Source: an uncultured Planctomycetia bacterium (GTDB taxonomy: Bacteria > Omnitrophota > Gorgyraeia > Taenaricolales > CAZCCH01). From it: 64,000 bases of DNA. Under the pieces are notes generated by a model. That model made no database searches. It worked only from the letters and a program-made list of their open reading frames with translations, and was not told the origin of the DNA. Positions 1-11,344 of this stretch are shown piece by piece. Both the position numbers and the translations under genes were made by a program. The DNA is taken from NCBI GenBank assembly GCA_964497315.1, contig CAZCCH010000004.1, positions 18,307-82,306 of the forward strand, read 5' to 3'. Position 1 is the first letter of the stretch; every line of letters begins with the position of its first letter.

Positions 1-149
1 ACTTCTGCCAGGGCAGTAAAGGGAGGGCAAACTACAATATCTGCTTCAGTAATATCATAGAGTTCTCTTTTTAAGCCATTGACTAACTCAATGGCCTCGG
101 TTAAGGTTTTATACATCTTCCAATTGCCTGCTATAATTGGTCTTCTCAT
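1..149 (-). CDS. tpiA: Triosephosphate isomerase, N-terminal part (truncated by window edge)
   Basis: Not in ORF track; manual translation from ATG at 149 gives MRRPIIAGNWKMYKTLTEAIELV...IVVCPPFTAL (TIM AGNWKM motif), directly downstream of pgk. Confidence 0.96.
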   Translation of the reverse strand, partial: MRRPIIAGNWKMYKTLTEAIELVNGLKRELYDITEADIVVCPPFTALAE

Positions 150-164
150 ATTATACGCTCCATT

Positions 165-1349
165 TTACTTGGCTAAGGCTGCTATACCAGGAAGTGCTTT
201 TCCTTCTAAAAATTCCAAAGATGCACCCCCTCCTGTTGAAACATGTGACATTTTATCCTTTAGCTCCAACTTGGCTATTGCAGCAGCCGTATCACCACCA
301 CCTATAATTTTAACTGCATCCATACTAGCTATAAACTGTGCGATTTGTCTTGTTCCTTCTGAAAATTCATCTATTTCAAAAATTCCTAAAGGACCATTCC
401 AAATAATCGTCTTTGCATCTTTCAAGCAAAATTTAAAATTTTCAACCGTGTCTGGCCCAATATCAACCCCAAGGTATCCATCAGGTATATCTTCTTGAAC
501 ATGTTTTATATTTGTTTTTGTCTCTATATTGTCTGTAATAACATGATCGACTGGCAATTCTAACCTTACATTCGCATCCTTTGCTTTGTTTATTAAATCA
601 GCGGCTATATCTATTTTATCTTGTTCTAGCTTAGATGAACCAATTTGTTTCCCCTGTGCCTTTAGGAATGTATAAGCCATTCCACCACCTATAATCAAGG
701 CATTAACTTTCTCTAACAGGTTTTCTATAACTGCGATTTTATCCGAGACTTTAGCACCGCCTAAAATTGCCGCAAAAGGCTTGGCAGGACTCTCAAGGGC
801 ACCACCGAGATATTCTACTTCTTTTTCCAATAGAAATCCAGCAGCTACTGAATCCAAATACTTGGTTATTCCTTCCGTTGAGGCATGCGCTCTATGTGCT
901 GTCCCAAATGCATCGTTTATGTAGACCTCACCCAATGAGGCAAGCTGCTTGGCAAATTCGGGGTTATTGTCTTTTTCCTCTGGATGAAATCTTAAATTTT
1001 CAAGCAGGATGATATCTCCTTCTTTCATCGCATCAACCGCTTTCTTCACATCATTGCCTATACAGTTATCCATTTTCTTTACAGATCTACCTAAAAGCTC
1101 TGATAACTTCTTTGCGACAGGGTCCATCCTTAAAGAATCATTTACCTTTCCCTTTGGTCTACCAAGATGACTCATTAAAATAAGCTTAGCCTTTCTATTC
1201 AAGGTGTACCTTATCGTAGGTAAGGCAGCGTTTATGCGAGTATCGTCTGCAACCTTTAAACTATTCGTCAAGGGTACATTAAAATCTACCCTCATTAATA
1301 CTCTTTTTCCCCCAAGTTCTAATTCTTTTATAGTAGGAATCTTTGCCAT
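165..1349 (-). CDS. pgk: Phosphoglycerate kinase
   Basis: RVDFNVPL, SHLGRPKG, LLENLRF, NDAFGTAHRAHAS, GGAKVSDKI, HVSTGGGASLEFLEG motifs. Confidence 0.98.
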   Translation of the reverse strand: MAKIPTIKELELGGKRVLMRVDFNVPLTNSLKVADDTRINAALPTIRYTLNRKAKLILMSHLGRPKGKVNDSLRMDPVAKKLSELLGRSVKKMDNCIGNDVKKAVDAMKEGDIILLENLRFHPEEKDNNPEFAKQLASLGEVYINDAFGTAHRAHASTEGITKYLDSVAAGFLLEKEVEYLGGALESPAKPFAAILGGAKVSDKIAVIENLLEKVNALIIGGGMAYTFLKAQGKQIGSSKLEQDKIDIAADLINKAKDANVRLELPVDHVITDNIETKTNIKHVQEDIPDGYLGVDIGPDTVENFKFCLKDAKTIIWNGPLGIFEIDEFSEGTRQIAQFIASMDAVKIIGGGDTAAAIAKLELKDKMSHVSTGGGASLEFLEGKALPGIAALAK

Positions 1350-1361
1350 TTCTTTACTCCT

Positions 1362-3376
<2,015 letters not shown>

Positions 3377-3402
3377 TTTTAATTCACTTCGCTAGTTAAA
3401 AT

Positions 3403-4434
3403 CTATGGTTTTATCTCTCTTAAAAACTTGGCAGCATCTTCTGGTGAAGTTGAGTTAATATAAAACCCAGTACCCCACTCAAAACCTGCAACCCTTGTTA
3501 AGCGTGGTATGATTTCAATGTGCCAGTGATAATCACGTTCTATTGTTGTCCAATATCCAGTCTTCGCCTTAGTTCTAAAAGGTGCTGTATGCAAAACAAA
3601 ATTATATGGTACATCCTTTATGAGCCTGGATAATTTCAACAAGGCCAATTTTAAAACTTTTGCAAGTTGTTTTGTCTGTGCCTCTTCCATCTTATGAAAA
3701 TCACAAGAATGTTTTGTGGGTAATATCCACATTTCAAAAGGAAATCTGGAAGCAAAGGGAGCAAGTATCGCAAATCCGTCTTGTTCGGTTATTAGGCGCT
3801 CACCACTTTTTAGCTCTTGCTTTATTATATCGCAGAAAATGCAACGTTCTTTATAATCAAAGTACTGCCTTGCACCATTTAGTTCTTCTTTTACCCGCTT
3901 TGGGTTAACTGGCATAGCCATTAATTGAGAACGGGCATGTTCAATACGGCCGCCACCTGCAATCCATCCGTAATTTTTAAACAAGAGCACGTACTTTAAT
4001 CTCTCATCTTTTTGAAGCTCTGTAATTCTGGCAATATAGGTTTTAATTATTGACTCTACCTGTCCAATGGGCAATTCTGCAAAGTTTGAGGTGTGTTCAG
4101 GTGTTTCTACAATAATTTCATGAGCACCCACGCCATTTATGACATCATACATCCCAACACCCTGTCTATCTAATTCACCTTCTTTTTCCAACATGGGCGC
4201 GATACTTGGGACCACTCTTACATTCCAACCTGGTTTATTGGGTTTTGAGTTAGGTTTTCTTATTGCGAATATCTCAGGTGGAGTATGTTGTTCATTGTGT
4301 TCACAGAAAGGACAAGGCCCTGGCCATGGCCTCTGCTTTTCTTTTATGAGTTTATAATCGTTAGGTCGTCCCGCGCGTTCTGTGGCGATTATAACCCATC
4401 TGCCTATTATCGGATCTTTTCGTAATTGTGGCAT
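3403..4434 (-). CDS. GalT-family paralog with altered catalytic motif (HARSQ in place of HxHxQ)
   Basis: Collinear with the adjacent galT (CPFC, HEIIVETPEH, FKNYG, YHWHIE, AGFEWGTG) but the nucleophile position is Arg (CGT at 3931-3933). Confidence 0.85.
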   Translation of the reverse strand: MPQLRKDPIIGRWVIIATERAGRPNDYKLIKEKQRPWPGPCPFCEHNEQHTPPEIFAIRKPNSKPNKPGWNVRVVPSIAPMLEKEGELDRQGVGMYDVINGVGAHEIIVETPEHTSNFAELPIGQVESIIKTYIARITELQKDERLKYVLLFKNYGWIAGGGRIEHARSQLMAMPVNPKRVKEELNGARQYFDYKERCIFCDIIKQELKSGERLITEQDGFAILAPFASRFPFEMWILPTKHSCDFHKMEEAQTKQLAKVLKLALLKLSRLIKDVPYNFVLHTAPFRTKAKTGYWTTIERDYHWHIEIIPRLTRVAGFEWGTGFYINSTSPEDAAKFLREIKP

Positions 4435-4452
4435 TTTAAATATAGTTATTAG

Positions 4453-5394
4453 TTAATTGCCTAATGTGTCCCCTGTTTTTAAATCATGGCCTGCCAAAAA
4501 TGCAGCAATATCCATTTGCTTTGAGTTAGCAGGTTGCAATCTATTTATCTCTAAAACCTCAGAACCTGTTGCGATCTGAAGTTTATTATCCTTTTTGGAA
4601 ACCACTTCACCCGGCTTTTTACCTTCTGCTTTTATTGCACTTATTCTTGCCTCCCAAACCCTAAGAAGCTTACCCTTTAAAAAAGTGTGTGCAATTGGCC
4701 AAGGAATAAAAGCCCTAACTCTGTTGTGTATTTGCCTGGCAGACATCTTCCAGTCAATTAATCCATCCTGCTTTTTTAATTTAGGTGCGTAAGTTGTCTT
4801 ACTTTCATCCTGCGGAGTGAAGGTTGCGCGTCCTTTTTCTATGGAATCTATTGTTTCTAACAGCAAGTCTGCGCCTGCCTGAGCTAATTTTTCTGATAGG
4901 CTAAGATAAGTATCGGTTTCTTTTATGGGAATTTGGGGACTCTGGGCAATAATGTCACCTGCGTCCATAGTTTGGTTCATTCTTATAATGCTAAGTCCTG
5001 TGGCCTTCTCACCATTTACTATTGCCCAGTGCATAGGGCTTGCACCCCTGTATTTTGGAAGAAGGGAACCATGCATATTTATACAAGATTTATCCGGTAA
5101 AGTCAATACTTTATTACATAATATATGACCATAAGCTATAACACAGAAAAGATCTGCCTTATATGCTGCTATATTTTCAATGAACTTTCCAATTGAAGGA
5201 TCTGGTGGTTGATATATATCTTTTATGCCATGTTTTAACGCCTCTATCTTTATTGGGGGTTGGGATAGCTTCAGATGGCGTCCTTTTTTTCTATCAGGCT
5301 GAGTTACTACAGCCAAAACCTCATGTTTGGAGGCTACTAGTTTTCTCAAGCTTGGAATGGCAAATTCTGATGTCCCAAAAAATATTACTTTCAT
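4453..5394 (-). CDS. fmt: Methionyl-tRNA formyltransferase
   Basis: FFGTSEFA, VVTQPDR, INMHGSLLPKYRGASP, MDAGDII, TYAPKLKKQDGLIDW; next to priA. Confidence 0.95.
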   Translation of the reverse strand: MKVIFFGTSEFAIPSLRKLVASKHEVLAVVTQPDRKKGRHLKLSQPPIKIEALKHGIKDIYQPPDPSIGKFIENIAAYKADLFCVIAYGHILCNKVLTLPDKSCINMHGSLLPKYRGASPMHWAIVNGEKATGLSIIRMNQTMDAGDIIAQSPQIPIKETDTYLSLSEKLAQAGADLLLETIDSIEKGRATFTPQDESKTTYAPKLKKQDGLIDWKMSARQIHNRVRAFIPWPIAHTFLKGKLLRVWEARISAIKAEGKKPGEVVSKKDNKLQIATGSEVLEINRLQPANSKQMDIAAFLAGHDLKTGDTLGN

Positions 5395-7397
5395 TATGTT
5401 GGATCCACGTCTATTGTTAAACGAACTCCTGAATACCTAGGGCACTGTTTTAATGTCTGTTTCAGGTAAAAGCGTGCATCTTTGACATCTTTTGCCCTTA
5501 TGAAGACATTCCATCTATAGTGCATCTTTAATCTTGGGATAATTGCAGGTGCGGGACCCGTTATGTGTATTTTTTTATTAATGGATTTGGCCTTTGCGAC
5601 TACTGATCTTAGAAGACTGGCAAAGTTAGAGGCTTCTTTGCTAGTCTTATCATGGTTTCTCCCCTTTACCGTAATGCATATTATATGGGTAAAAGGAGGA
5701 AGTTTCAAGCTTTTTCGCTGCAGAATCTCTTTTTTATAAAATTCTGCGTAATCATGTCGACTGGCTGCTGCTATGCAATAATGCTTTGGTGTATAGGTTT
5801 GCACTATGACTTTTCCTTGCACGTGCCCCCTACCTGCCCTGCCTGCCACTTGAGTCAAAAGGCTAAATGTCCTTTCATCTGACCTAAAATCAGGTATGTG
5901 TAAAGCAGTATCTGCTGATACAACACCCACTAGGGCAACCTTTGGGTAATCAAGGCCCTTGGCAATCATTTGCGTTCCTATAAGAAGTTGAATTTTGCCT
6001 TTTTGGAAATCCTTCAGTATTTTTTCATGACTACCTCTTTTTCGTGTAGTATCAGTATCCATCCGTTCAATTTTTGTATCTAAAAAGAGCCTGTGCATCT
6101 CAGATTCAACCTTTTCTGTACCCATTCCAAAATAGTTTATATGTGCACTCTTACATTCAGGGCACATATGCGGAGGAGCTATTTTATAATTGCACCAGTG
6201 ACATATTAGTTTTTTATCGCAAAAGTGATATGTAAGTGTCGTACTACAATTTTTACACTTAAGTACAAACCCACATTTTTTACAATGCATATATGTAGAA
6301 AACCCCCTCCTATTTAAAAAAAGGATCGCTTGTAAACCTCTCTCTAAAATATCCCTTACATTTTCTTCTAATATTTTTGAAAATATAGAGAATTTCTTTA
6401 GGTTGTATTCATTTTTCATATCGATTATTTCCACCTTCGGTAAATCTTTTTCTTTTATTCTTTCTGTAAGGCGGGCAAGTTTATAAATATTCTTTTCTGC
6501 CTTATAATAAGACTCCAAAGATGGAGTGGCACTGCCTAATATCACTACTGCCTTTGATAACTTCGCCCTGTAAATAGCAACATCTCTAGCGTGATACCTT
6601 GGTATGTCTTGCTGTTTATATGTATTCTCATGTTCTTCGTCTACTACAATAAGCCCGATATTTTTCAATGGTGCAAAAATAGCGGATCTTGCACCAACAA
6701 CAATTCTTGCCTTTTGCTCTTTAATCTTCTTCCACTCAGTAAATCTTTCACCGGCAGTTAAACGACTGTGTAAAATTGCTACCTCTTCTTGAAACCTTGA
6801 CTTAAATCTTTCAACAGCCTGAGGGGTAAGAGATATCTCAGGAACAAGCACAATGCTTGAGCGCCCTTGAGCTAATGCAGAACCTATTGCCTGTAGGTAT
6901 ACCTCTGTCTTCCCGCTACCGGTTATGCCGTGTAGCAAATAAACATGATGTGTGTTGGTGTTTAAATCATTGCAGATTGCCCGCAACGCCCTATCTTGCT
7001 GAACAGTAGGTTTTAAATCCCTTGTTGGTTTAAACTGGCCTATTGCGCTAGGTTTTCTTTGCTTTATGTTGCTTTTTCCCTTCTTTAGCCCCCCTGGAAT
7101 AACCGCCTGTATTGCTTCACCCCAACTGCAAAAATAATACTGTGAAATCCATTTAGTCAACTCGAGCAGTTCTTTATCTAAAATAGGTTCCTCATCAATA
7201 ATTGAATGAATAGGTCTGGTTTGCTTTAACACAGTTTTATCTGAAAGGCCTACTATATAACCCACTAATTCTCTTGTTTTAAAAGGTACCCATACCCTCT
7301 TGCCAATTGCAGCAAAGTCAACTAATTCATCTGGTATGGAATAATCAAAAGGGCCTTCTACGGGAAGACCCACTACAACTTTAGCAAACCTTTTCAT
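5394..7397 (-). CDS. priA: Primosomal protein N' (replication restart helicase)
   Basis: GITGSGKTEVY, VPEISLTPQ, VDEEHE, GSATPSLES, four CxxC pairs, GTQMIAKGLD, QVAGRAGR. Confidence 0.97.
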   Translation of the reverse strand: MKRFAKVVVGLPVEGPFDYSIPDELVDFAAIGKRVWVPFKTRELVGYIVGLSDKTVLKQTRPIHSIIDEEPILDKELLELTKWISQYYFCSWGEAIQAVIPGGLKKGKSNIKQRKPSAIGQFKPTRDLKPTVQQDRALRAICNDLNTNTHHVYLLHGITGSGKTEVYLQAIGSALAQGRSSIVLVPEISLTPQAVERFKSRFQEEVAILHSRLTAGERFTEWKKIKEQKARIVVGARSAIFAPLKNIGLIVVDEEHENTYKQQDIPRYHARDVAIYRAKLSKAVVILGSATPSLESYYKAEKNIYKLARLTERIKEKDLPKVEIIDMKNEYNLKKFSIFSKILEENVRDILERGLQAILFLNRRGFSTYMHCKKCGFVLKCKNCSTTLTYHFCDKKLICHWCNYKIAPPHMCPECKSAHINYFGMGTEKVESEMHRLFLDTKIERMDTDTTRKRGSHEKILKDFQKGKIQLLIGTQMIAKGLDYPKVALVGVVSADTALHIPDFRSDERTFSLLTQVAGRAGRGHVQGKVIVQTYTPKHYCIAAASRHDYAEFYKKEILQRKSLKLPPFTHIICITVKGRNHDKTSKEASNFASLLRSVVAKAKSINKKIHITGPAPAIIPRLKMHYRWNVFIRAKDVKDARFYLKQTLKQCPRYSGVRLTIDVDPT

Positions 7398-8071
7398 TTT
7401 TTAAGCTCGTTTATAATCTTTTTTAAATCCTGCCAGGCTAAAATTTTACCGTTTGGATTCCGTAATAAATATGCAGGGTGAAATGTTGGCATGGTCTTTA
7501 TTCCGCGAAAATCACAAAATTTGCCGCGCAATGTAGTAATGGGTTCCTTTTTGCCTAACAAGGCAAACACAGCATGTCTACCAAGACAGCAAATCACCTT
7601 TGGTGCAATAATATCAAGTTGTTTTAGGAGATAACTTCTGCAAATGGCTATTTCCGTAGGAAAGGGGTCGCGATTTTGCGGTGGCCTGCATTTAAGAACA
7701 TTGCATATAAAAACATCTTCTCTTTTTAATTTCATCGCCTCAATCATCTTTGTAAGGAGTTGTCCGGCCCTACCAACAAATGGTCTTCCTTGTTTATCCT
7801 CTTCAAAACCCGGTGCTTCTCCGACAAATACAAGCTTAGCCCCAGGATTACCCTCTCCTAATACAATATGTGACCTGCCCCTATGAAGTTCACATTCTTC
7901 GCAGGATAAAATTTTCTTATGAAATTGTCTTAATTGTTCTGCCTTGCTTTTCTTTGTTTCATTGGTCTTAATCGCTGAGGTATTCTTTAAATGGTACCCC
8001 TTTATTCCTGTTTCTTTTTCAGCAGAGATATAAGCTTTAACAGATTTTATTAACTCTTTGGTTTTCCTCAT
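7394..8071 (-). CDS. Uracil-DNA glycosylase family 4 (Fe-S type)
   Basis: [50 protein letters not shown]. Confidence 0.93.
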   Translation of the reverse strand: MRKTKELIKSVKAYISAEKETGIKGYHLKNTSAIKTNETKKSKAEQLRQFHKKILSCEECELHRGRSHIVLGEGNPGAKLVFVGEAPGFEEDKQGRPFVGRAGQLLTKMIEAMKLKREDVFICNVLKCRPPQNRDPFPTEIAICRSYLLKQLDIIAPKVICCLGRHAVFALLGKKEPITTLRGKFCDFRGIKTMPTFHPAYLLRNPNGKILAWQDLKKIINELKK

Positions 8072-9186
8072 TTGTCCTCAATGGCTAATTCAATAATTCT
8101 TTTTGCAGAATTAGGTTTTGCCAATTTAGAAACACCATTTTTTAATTGCATAAGCTTTGTAGGATCAGTTATAAGTTCGGTGAGTCTTTCTTTTGCCTCT
8201 TTGACGTTTTTTACTTTTACAGCAGCTTGTAATTGCACTAAAGCTTTACAATTACCCGATTCTTGTCCAGGTATCGGTCTTAGCACAATCATCGCAAGAC
8301 CAGATGTAAGTGCCTCTGAGGTAGTCATACCCCCAGATTTACTTATCAACACATCGCTTACGCTCATAAGTTGGTGTATTCTTTCAGTAAATCCAAAAAT
8401 TTTAACCCTGTTGCATGCAGCATATTTCTTCTGTAAGTTTGTAAAAAGTCTTTTGTTTTTACCACAAACTACAATAAAATTAGCCTTCTCTGATACATTA
8501 ACTAATGAATCGGTTAATTTTCCAAGCGGCCCCACACCAAACCCACCTCCAATTATCAAAGCAATAAATAGGTTCTGCTCTAATCCTAGTTGTTTTTTAA
8601 GGGTTTTTTTATCATGGGGTTGTTCAAATTTTGGACTCACAGCTACACCTGTAACAGCTATTTTTTTATAATCAACCCCTCTGTCTATTAAATCCTGCAT
8701 TGTTTTCTCTGCAGCCACAGCATAAGTATCGACCTCCTTAGCTATCCAGAAAGAGTGAACTTTGAAATCTGTTACAGCAGTAACTAAGCGGCAATTGAGC
8801 CTGCCTTTCTGTTTCAAATAAGAAACTATCTCATTAGTCATGAAATGTGTTGCAATAACCACATCAGGTTGATAGTCACAAAGAAAACGTTCAAACTTTT
8901 TTAAGGCACATCCATTTATTAATCGCCTTATGGAGTTCGTTAGCTTATAAATCCTTTGGTTATCAAGGGAATAATAAAAAAATCCCCAGATAAGTGGAAG
9001 ATAATTTATTAAAGTTATATATTGCCTTCCATAGAGCCATTTAAAAAAGTGGCTTGAATAATCAAGCGAATCAATGAGTTTAATGTCATGTTCTGCGCTA
9101 GGTGTAAGTCTAAGTGCTTCATATAAGGCTTCTGCGCACTTTTTATGCCCTGCACCTGCTGAAGCGTATACGATTAAGATTTTCAT
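8068..9186 (-). CDS. MGDG synthase/UgtP-like diacylglycerol glycosyltransferase (GT28)
   Basis: YASAGAGH, PDVVIATHF, VTDF..HSFW, GGGFG, VVCGKN, SKSGGMTTSEA, PIPGQE. Confidence 0.85.
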   Translation of the reverse strand: MKILIVYASAGAGHKKCAEALYEALRLTPSAEHDIKLIDSLDYSSHFFKWLYGRQYITLINYLPLIWGFFYYSLDNQRIYKLTNSIRRLINGCALKKFERFLCDYQPDVVIATHFMTNEIVSYLKQKGRLNCRLVTAVTDFKVHSFWIAKEVDTYAVAAEKTMQDLIDRGVDYKKIAVTGVAVSPKFEQPHDKKTLKKQLGLEQNLFIALIIGGGFGVGPLGKLTDSLVNVSEKANFIVVCGKNKRLFTNLQKKYAACNRVKIFGFTERIHQLMSVSDVLISKSGGMTTSEALTSGLAMIVLRPIPGQESGNCKALVQLQAAVKVKNVKEAKERLTELITDPTKLMQLKNGVSKLAKPNSAKRIIELAIEDK

Positions 9187-10089
9187 TTATTTTTTTATAA
9201 TTTTAGCAATTTGGCGGATGTGCTCAGGGGTACTACCGCAACATCCTCCGATGATGTTAATCTTTAGATTTAATAATTCCGGCAAGACCTTTGTGAAATC
9301 TTCTGGTGTTTCGGTAAAAATAGTTTTATCATTTTCCAGCTTAGGCATACCTGCATTTGACTGGGCAATAAGAAATATATCGTTTCTTTTTAACTCATCT
9401 AGTCGTTTTCTCATTAATTCTATGACTTTTACCATTTGTTTTATGCCGCATCCACAGTTTGAACCCATTATCTTAACACCCATATCAAGCATCTTATCGA
9501 CTGCCTCATCAGTAGAAACCCCCATCATTGTTTTACAGATGCCCGGTTGAAATGTCATGCTAGCTATCACTGGAAACTCGCTGCCAATGTTTAAGGCGGC
9601 TTCTTTGGCAGCCATAAAGGCTGCTTTTAATTCTCCTAAGTCAGCCATCGTTTCAATAATAATACCATCTACACCGGCTTGTACAAGTATCTCTGCTTGG
9701 TTTTTAAATACGTCAAAAAGTTCTTCGTACTTTAAATTTCCCACGGGTTCTATAAATTCCCCTGTTGGACCTATATCACCAAGCACATAGGTAGAATCTC
9801 CTGTTACTTCTTTAGCTAATTGCACAGCTTTCAAATTAAAGTCACTAAGTTTACCCTCAAGTCCTGCACGTTTTAACTTAAGGCTATTTGCTCCAAAGGT
9901 ATTTGTTGTGATAATGTCACACCCTGCATCAACATAGCTTTTATGGATAGATTTTATAACCTCAGGATGTGATAAATTCCACTCTTCTGGAAAATCACCT
10001 GTCTTTAGGCTTTGCTCTTGCAGGGCAGTACCCATAGCACCATCACAAATTAATACTTCTGACTTTAGCTTCTCTAATAAAGGTTTCAT
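9187..10089 (-). CDS. Stand-alone homocysteine S-methyltransferase domain protein (MetH N-terminal-like)
   Basis: DGAMGT, IHKSYVDAGCDII.TNTFGAN, GDIGPTG, IIIETM, GSNC, NAGMP, IIGGCCGSTPEHI (Zn ligands). Confidence 0.9.
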   Translation of the reverse strand: MKPLLEKLKSEVLICDGAMGTALQEQSLKTGDFPEEWNLSHPEVIKSIHKSYVDAGCDIITTNTFGANSLKLKRAGLEGKLSDFNLKAVQLAKEVTGDSTYVLGDIGPTGEFIEPVGNLKYEELFDVFKNQAEILVQAGVDGIIIETMADLGELKAAFMAAKEAALNIGSEFPVIASMTFQPGICKTMMGVSTDEAVDKMLDMGVKIMGSNCGCGIKQMVKVIELMRKRLDELKRNDIFLIAQSNAGMPKLENDKTIFTETPEDFTKVLPELLNLKINIIGGCCGSTPEHIRQIAKIIKK

Positions 10090-10092
10090 AGG

Positions 10093-10635
10093 TCAGTCCT
10101 TTTTTAAAATAACCTCTTTAACAGCCTGGAACAAATCTTTACATGTTTCATCTGGTTGAAACTCTAAAGTATCTAAATTCTCTTTCTTTGTTTTTCCGGA
10201 AAATACAAGTATCGTCTTGCAACCTAAATTCTTACCAGCCTCAATATCTCTTTCGTCATCACCTATGAAATAAACATCTTTAAAGCCACTGCTGAGGTTA
10301 CCTGCTGCTTGTTTAAAAAGTGTTGTTTTAGGTTTTCTGCAATCACAGTCATCTTTATGGGTGCAATAAAAAACACCCGCTATCTCACCTTTGTTCTCTT
10401 TAAGTCCTGAAAGCATCTTTTGTGTTATTTTATCTAAATCCGCTTGAGTGAAAAGCCCTTTACCGACACCCCTTTGATTTGAAATAACATATATCTTATA
10501 CCCTGCCTCTGTAAGTAGTCTTATTGCCTCAAGAGAACCGTCTATAAAATGGAAATCTTTTGCGTTTGTGACATACTCTCCATGACCAGGATATACATTT
10601 ATTACACCATCTCTATCGAGAAAAATTATCTTCAT
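10093..10635 (-). CDS. gmhB: D-glycero-D-manno-heptose-1,7-bisphosphate 7-phosphatase (HAD IIIA)
   Basis: FLDRDGVIN, ISNQRGVG, CTHKDDCDCRKP, IGDDERDIEAG. Confidence 0.88.
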   Translation of the reverse strand: MKIIFLDRDGVINVYPGHGEYVTNAKDFHFIDGSLEAIRLLTEAGYKIYVISNQRGVGKGLFTQADLDKITQKMLSGLKENKGEIAGVFYCTHKDDCDCRKPKTTLFKQAAGNLSSGFKDVYFIGDDERDIEAGKNLGCKTILVFSGKTKKENLDTLEFQPDETCKDLFQAVKEVILKKD

Positions 10636-10661
10636 TTAATTAAATGCCTTTTTGTTACTCT

Positions 10662-11297
10662 TTAGGCTTTAACAGCAATAATATTTAAATTCAAAGCCAG
10701 CTCTTCTCCTGGAAATACTTCATTGTTTATATCTTCTATTTGAAACCCGTTGCGGCCTAACAATTCTTTTATAGTAGCTTTGGTAAAAATATCCTTATGC
10801 AGTTGATAGGGTGAATTCTTTAGCGTGGGGTCACCATGGGTCAACCTATAAACCTCAAAAAGGTCAAATCTTTCACTGGAAATGCCCTTTTCTTGTTTAA
10901 TGTAGGCATCAATAATGGCATCGAAATCTGGGAGCCATTTAATAATAAGACGGCCGCCTTTTTTCAGTATCCTGTGAAAATCCTTTAGTATCTTATCCTG
11001 ACTATATCGGTAGAAATGCTCAAAGACAGCCTCCAACCTTACTTCAGAAGCTATGTCGGAGGGTACAAGATGAAGGTCTTCTGAGACATCCAACGCCGCA
11101 TCTGTGCCTTCTGTAGGGACTATATCTATATTGACGTAGTCTTTTAGCTTTTTATCTCCGCAGCCAATGTAGAGCTTCACGCCATCTTTCAATAAATCTT
11201 CTATCCTGGTCCTTAAAATCCTTTTTCTCCTGCACGAAATCCATGTCCACCTTCGCCAGATCTGCCTGGAATTTTTTGCTATCTTTTTATGCAACAT
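10662..11297 (-). CDS. Class I SAM-dependent methyltransferase (short, glycan-locus type)
   Basis: KLYIGCG...YVNIDI, FEHF, RILKKGGRL, LPDF. Confidence 0.75.
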   Translation of the reverse strand: MLHKKIAKNSRQIWRRWTWISCRRKRILRTRIEDLLKDGVKLYIGCGDKKLKDYVNIDIVPTEGTDAALDVSEDLHLVPSDIASEVRLEAVFEHFYRYSQDKILKDFHRILKKGGRLIIKWLPDFDAIIDAYIKQEKGISSERFDLFEVYRLTHGDPTLKNSPYQLHKDIFTKATIKELLGRNGFQIEDINNEVFPGEELALNLNIIAVKA

Positions 11298-11344
11298 GGC
11301 TGCACCTTTTGGTTTTTGTCATCATTTTCATATTTGGCTCCATT

